This document shows positions 16,712 through 19,721 of a stretch of 19,721 bases of DNA, one piece after another. The position numbers were made by a program, and so were the translations under genes. This DNA comes from Abditibacteriaceae bacterium. GTDB lineage: Bacteria > Armatimonadota > Abditibacteriia > Abditibacteriales > Abditibacteriaceae. The stretch lies in the NCBI GenBank assembly GCA_031425655.1, contig JANPJS010000226.1, positions 1 to 19,721 of the forward strand, read 5' to 3'. Within the stretch, counting starts at the first letter, position 1, and each line of letters opens with the position of its first letter. Under the pieces are notes generated by a model that saw only the letters and a program-made list of their open reading frames with translations, was not told the origin of the DNA and searched no databases.

Positions 16712-16880
16712 CGTGCCACGCTTCGCAGAACGCCGAAAACGAAGGCGAATGTCGAATCCGTTCGCTCGCTGTTGCGAAAAATGGCGCCCGTCGAAGGCGC
16801 ATTGCTAAACTACGCAGGCTCAAAAGCCGCTTGAGGGCAAGCGATTTCTTAAATAACCCAAGTTCCTACCAATGCCTCTA

Positions 16881-16985
16881 CCCCGAATAAATTCGGGGTC
16901 TGTCACTACAAAGTCCGCCTTCGCGGACTCTTTTTAACCGGCGCAGGCCGGTTTTGTAACGGTAGACCCCGATTTCAATCGGGGG
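16881..16985. repeat. REP-like doublet palindrome
   Basis: Terminal hairpins ccccgaataaattcgggg and ccccgatttcaatcgggg in inverted orientation. Internal AGTCCGCCTTCGCGGACT and AACCGGCGCAGGCCGGTT hairpins. Confidence 0.85.
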
Positions 16986-17034
16986 AAAAATAGGTAACAA
17001 CTGGGGTTAAATATCAATCACCAACGAGGTTTTC

Positions 17035-17937
17035 TTGACATCTAATTTTAATTCTCCGCCCGGCGCGCGTCGTTTGCGTTTGGGCCTGCCCAAAGGCAGT
17101 TTGCAGGACGCGACGATTCGCATGATGGGACGCGCCGGCTGGACGATCAACGTCAGCTCGCGCTCTTATTATCCGACTGTTGACGACGACGAACTGGAAA
17201 TTATTCTGCTGCGCGCTCAGGAAATTCCGCGCTATGTCGAAGAAGGCGTGCTCGATTGCGGCGTGACTGGCTACGATAACGTCCTCGAAAGCGCCGCGCA
17301 AGTGCATGAAGTAACGGAATTGATTTATTCCAAAGCGACTTCGCGGCCTTATCGCTGGGTTTTGGCGGTTCCCAAAGGCTCGCCGATTCGCGGCCCGCGC
17401 GACTTGGAAGGCAAGCGCATCGCCACCGAATTAGTCAACGTGACGAAGCGTTATCTGGAAAATCACGGCGTAAAAGCCGAAGTCGAATTTTCGTGGGGCG
17501 CGACCGAAGTTAAAGTGCCGGATTTGGTGGACGCAATCGTCGAAGGCACCGAAACCGGCTCGACGCTGCGCGCGCACGGCCTTGAAATCATTGACGAATT
17601 GCTGTCTTCGACAACGCGCCTTATCGCCAATCACGCGGCCTTCGCGGAGGAATGGAAACGCTCCAAAATCGAAACTATTTCTACGTTGATGACGGCGGCG
17701 CTGCAAGCCGAAACGCGCGTCGGCTTGAAAATGAACGCGCCACAAAATCAGCTCGACGAAATCATCGCGATGCTGCCCGCCATGCGCCAGCCGACAGTTT
17801 CGCATTTGTCCGACCCCGAATGGGTGGCGCTCGAAATCATCGCTGAAGAACGTCAGGTGCGCGATTTAATTCCGCGATTGCTCAAAGCCGGCGCGACGGG
17901 CATCATCGAATATCCGCTCAACAAAGTCATTCCGTAA
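17035..17937 (+). CDS. hisG: ATP phosphoribosyltransferase, long form
   Basis: [45 protein letters not shown], plus C-terminal regulatory domain ([15 protein letters not shown]). TTG start with GAGG upstream. Confidence 0.97.
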   Translation: MTSNFNSPPGARRLRLGLPKGSLQDATIRMMGRAGWTINVSSRSYYPTVDDDELEIILLRAQEIPRYVEEGVLDCGVTGYDNVLESAAQVHEVTELIYSKATSRPYRWVLAVPKGSPIRGPRDLEGKRIATELVNVTKRYLENHGVKAEVEFSWGATEVKVPDLVDAIVEGTETGSTLRAHGLEIIDELLSSTTRLIANHAAFAEEWKRSKIETISTLMTAALQAETRVGLKMNAPQNQLDEIIAMLPAMRQPTVSHLSDPEWVALEIIAEERQVRDLIPRLLKAGATGIIEYPLNKVIP

Positions 17938-18077
17938 GGCGGGGGGCGGGAGGCGGGAGGCGGACGGCAGACGGCGGGAGGCGGGAGGCGGGAGGAATCT
18001 TAATGCATCCGACGAATATAAGTTTTTCTACCAACTGCTGTCCGCCTCCCGCCTCCTGCCTCCTGCCTCCCGCCTCC
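17938..18077. repeat. Inverted tandem heptamer arrays GGCGGGA x8 / TCCYGCC x5 spanning the coaE start
   Basis: Left array 17938-17995 starts directly after the hisG TAA. Right array 18040-18077 lies inside the coaE reading frame. Confidence 0.92.
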
Positions 18078-18707
18078 GTTCCGCTTCTTGGCCTAACCGG
18101 CGGCATCGCTTGCGGCAAAAGCAGCGTGGCGCGTTTGCTGGCGGCGCGCGGCGCGATTGTCCTTGACGCCGACGCCATCGTGCATGAGCTTTACGCCGAG
18201 CCGAAATTCGCGGCGCGCGTGGCGGCGCTTTTTGAGGCCGATGTGCGCCGCGCCGACGGCACAATTGATCGCGCGGCGCTGGGGCGGATCGTCTTCGCCG
18301 ACAAGTTGGCGTTGCGGCGGTTGGAAACCCTTGTGCATCCGGCGGTAGCGGCTTTGCGCGACGAAAAATTGCGCGCTTTAAACGAACTCACGCCGCGCCC
18401 GCCGGCAGTCGTGCTGGAAGCCGTCAAACTCATCGAAGCGGGGCAGGCTGAGTTGTGCGCCCTTGTGTGGTGCGTAGTTTGCGAACCCGACGTGCAATTG
18501 CGTCGCTTAATGACAACGCGCGGTTTGAGCGAAGCCGACGCGCGGGCGCGTCTGGCTAATCAGCCGTCTTTGCAGGAAAAAATCGCGGCGTTGAAGGATA
18601 TTCCGCTGCTTTTCATTGAAAACAACGGCACTGAGGACGAATTGCAGCGGCGTGTGGACGGCGAATGGACGGCGTTTTTGAAAGCTAACGGCAAACATGG
18701 ATATTGA
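18003..18707 (+). CDS. coaE: Dephospho-CoA kinase
   Basis: GLTGGIACGKS P-loop, DADAIVH, IDRAALG.IVF, LE.LVHP, RRLM.R, ARL..Q, IENNG. Confidence 0.95.
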   Translation: MHPTNISFSTNCCPPPASCLLPPASVPLLGLTGGIACGKSSVARLLAARGAIVLDADAIVHELYAEPKFAARVAALFEADVRRADGTIDRAALGRIVFADKLALRRLETLVHPAVAALRDEKLRALNELTPRPPAVVLEAVKLIEAGQAELCALVWCVVCEPDVQLRRLMTTRGLSEADARARLANQPSLQEKIAALKDIPLLFIENNGTEDELQRRVDGEWTAFLKANGKHGY

Positions 18708-19641
18708 ACAGTTCGCAGAGCGCGTCGAGCGCTTGACGCTCAACATCGAGCAGGTCATCGTCGGCAAGCGCGCCGTGGTCGAGGGCTGTCTGATTGGCCT
18801 TTTGGCTGGCGGGCATATTTTGCTCGAAGACGTGCCGGGCGTCGGCAAAACCACGCTGGCGAAATCCCTTGCGCGCAGCTTAGGCGCTTCTTATAAACGC
18901 ATCCAATTCACGCCCGATTTATTGCCGTCGGACATCACCGGCACGGTCATTTTCGATCAAACCGAAAGTCGTTTTAAATTCCGCGAAGGGCCATTATTCA
19001 CGCACGTCGTTTTAGCCGACGAAATCAACCGCGCCGCGCCGAAAACGCAAAGCGCGCTGCTTGAAGCGATGGAAGAAGGCCAAGTCACCATTGATTTGCA
19101 AACGCACCATTTGCCGGAGCCGTTTTTCGTCATCGCCACGCAAAATCCCATTGAATACGAAGGCGTTTATCCTCTGCCCGAATCGCAGCTTGACCGCTTT
19201 GCGATGCGTTTGTCCATCGGCTACCCTGATTTGGCCGCCGAAAAGCTGCTGATGCAGCGCCAGCGCCTTCAACATCCGTTGGAAACGCTGGAATCCATCA
19301 GCGACGTGGCCGAAATCCGCGCCATGCAGAATTTTGTGCATCAAGTGACGCTGCACGAGCGCATTTACGACTACGTTTTGCGACTCGCGCACGCCACGCG
19401 TGAGCATCGCCAGTTGATGCTTGGTCTCAGTCCGCGCGGTGCCTTAACCCTCGCGCGGGCCGCGCAGGCGCACGCTGCCACGCATCGCCGCGATTACGTC
19501 ACGCCCGACGACGTGAAAGCCATCGCTGTCGCCGTGATGTCGCACCGCCTGATTCCTCTGCCCGAAGCGCGCCTGAGCGGCTTTTCGACGGAAAATTTGG
19601 TCGAAGAATTGTTGCGCGCGGTGCCTGTCGAAGAAAAATAA
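18697..19641 (+). CDS. moxR: MoxR family AAA+ ATPase
   Basis: GHILLEDVPGVGKT, RIQFTPDLLPSD, LADEINRAAPKTQSALLEAM, ATQNPIE, LPESQLDRF, SPRG. Confidence 0.95.
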   Translation: MDIEQFAERVERLTLNIEQVIVGKRAVVEGCLIGLLAGGHILLEDVPGVGKTTLAKSLARSLGASYKRIQFTPDLLPSDITGTVIFDQTESRFKFREGPLFTHVVLADEINRAAPKTQSALLEAMEEGQVTIDLQTHHLPEPFFVIATQNPIEYEGVYPLPESQLDRFAMRLSIGYPDLAAEKLLMQRQRLQHPLETLESISDVAEIRAMQNFVHQVTLHERIYDYVLRLAHATREHRQLMLGLSPRGALTLARAAQAHAATHRRDYVTPDDVKAIAVAVMSHRLIPLPEARLSGFSTENLVEELLRAVPVEEK

Positions 19642-19642
19642 G

Positions 19643-19721
19643 TTCCCCCGATTGAAATCGGGGTCTATGGCTACGAAGTCCGCCATCGCGGACTAAATTT
19701 TTAGTGCGCGAAGGCGGGCTT
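19643..19721. repeat. REP-like doublet palindrome (truncated by the window end), same family as 16881-16985
   Basis: 19643-19667 is the exact reverse complement of 16963-16987, followed by AGTCCGCCATCGCGGACT. Confidence 0.88.

Noticed and set aside
16637..16890. Small ORFs in the pilM-hisG divergent gap
   Set aside because: They overlap the promoter and repeat region and have no convincing SD or recognisable homology.

Overview
A bacterial chromosomal window (GC-rich; diderm, possibly Armatimonadota/Abditibacteriota-like, which is inference only) with mostly housekeeping genes. Minus strand: ispA-xseB-xseA, two Gfo/Idh/MocA oxidoreductases, a DUF151 bifunctional nuclease, aroC, and a type IV pilus-type pilM-pilN-pilO-pilP(W-like)-[extra gene]-secretin cluster. 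Plus strand: a secreted hypothetical protein and hisG-coaE-moxR. Two things stand out. (1) The pilus machine is heavily remodelled with low-complexity sequence. PilM has a ~320 aa acidic insertion, and the secretin has a ~185 aa G/Q/N/P/F-rich insertion splitting its N3-like domain. An extra secreted Gly/Phe-rich protein looks like a barrel-less copy of the secretin N-terminus and lies behind a candidate ECF-sigma promoter. (2) Many intergenic gaps outside the pil cluster hold repeat elements. These are sequence-diverse 7-nt tandem arrays fused to stop/start codons (one supplies the coaE SD and N-terminal codons), a perfect 45-bp nested inverted repeat, a nested MITE/REP composite, and three related REP-like palindromes. 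No transposase, RNA gene or CRISPR array was found. The first ~125 nt look like a contig-end artefact. All product calls come from motif recognition by eye; no database searches were run.
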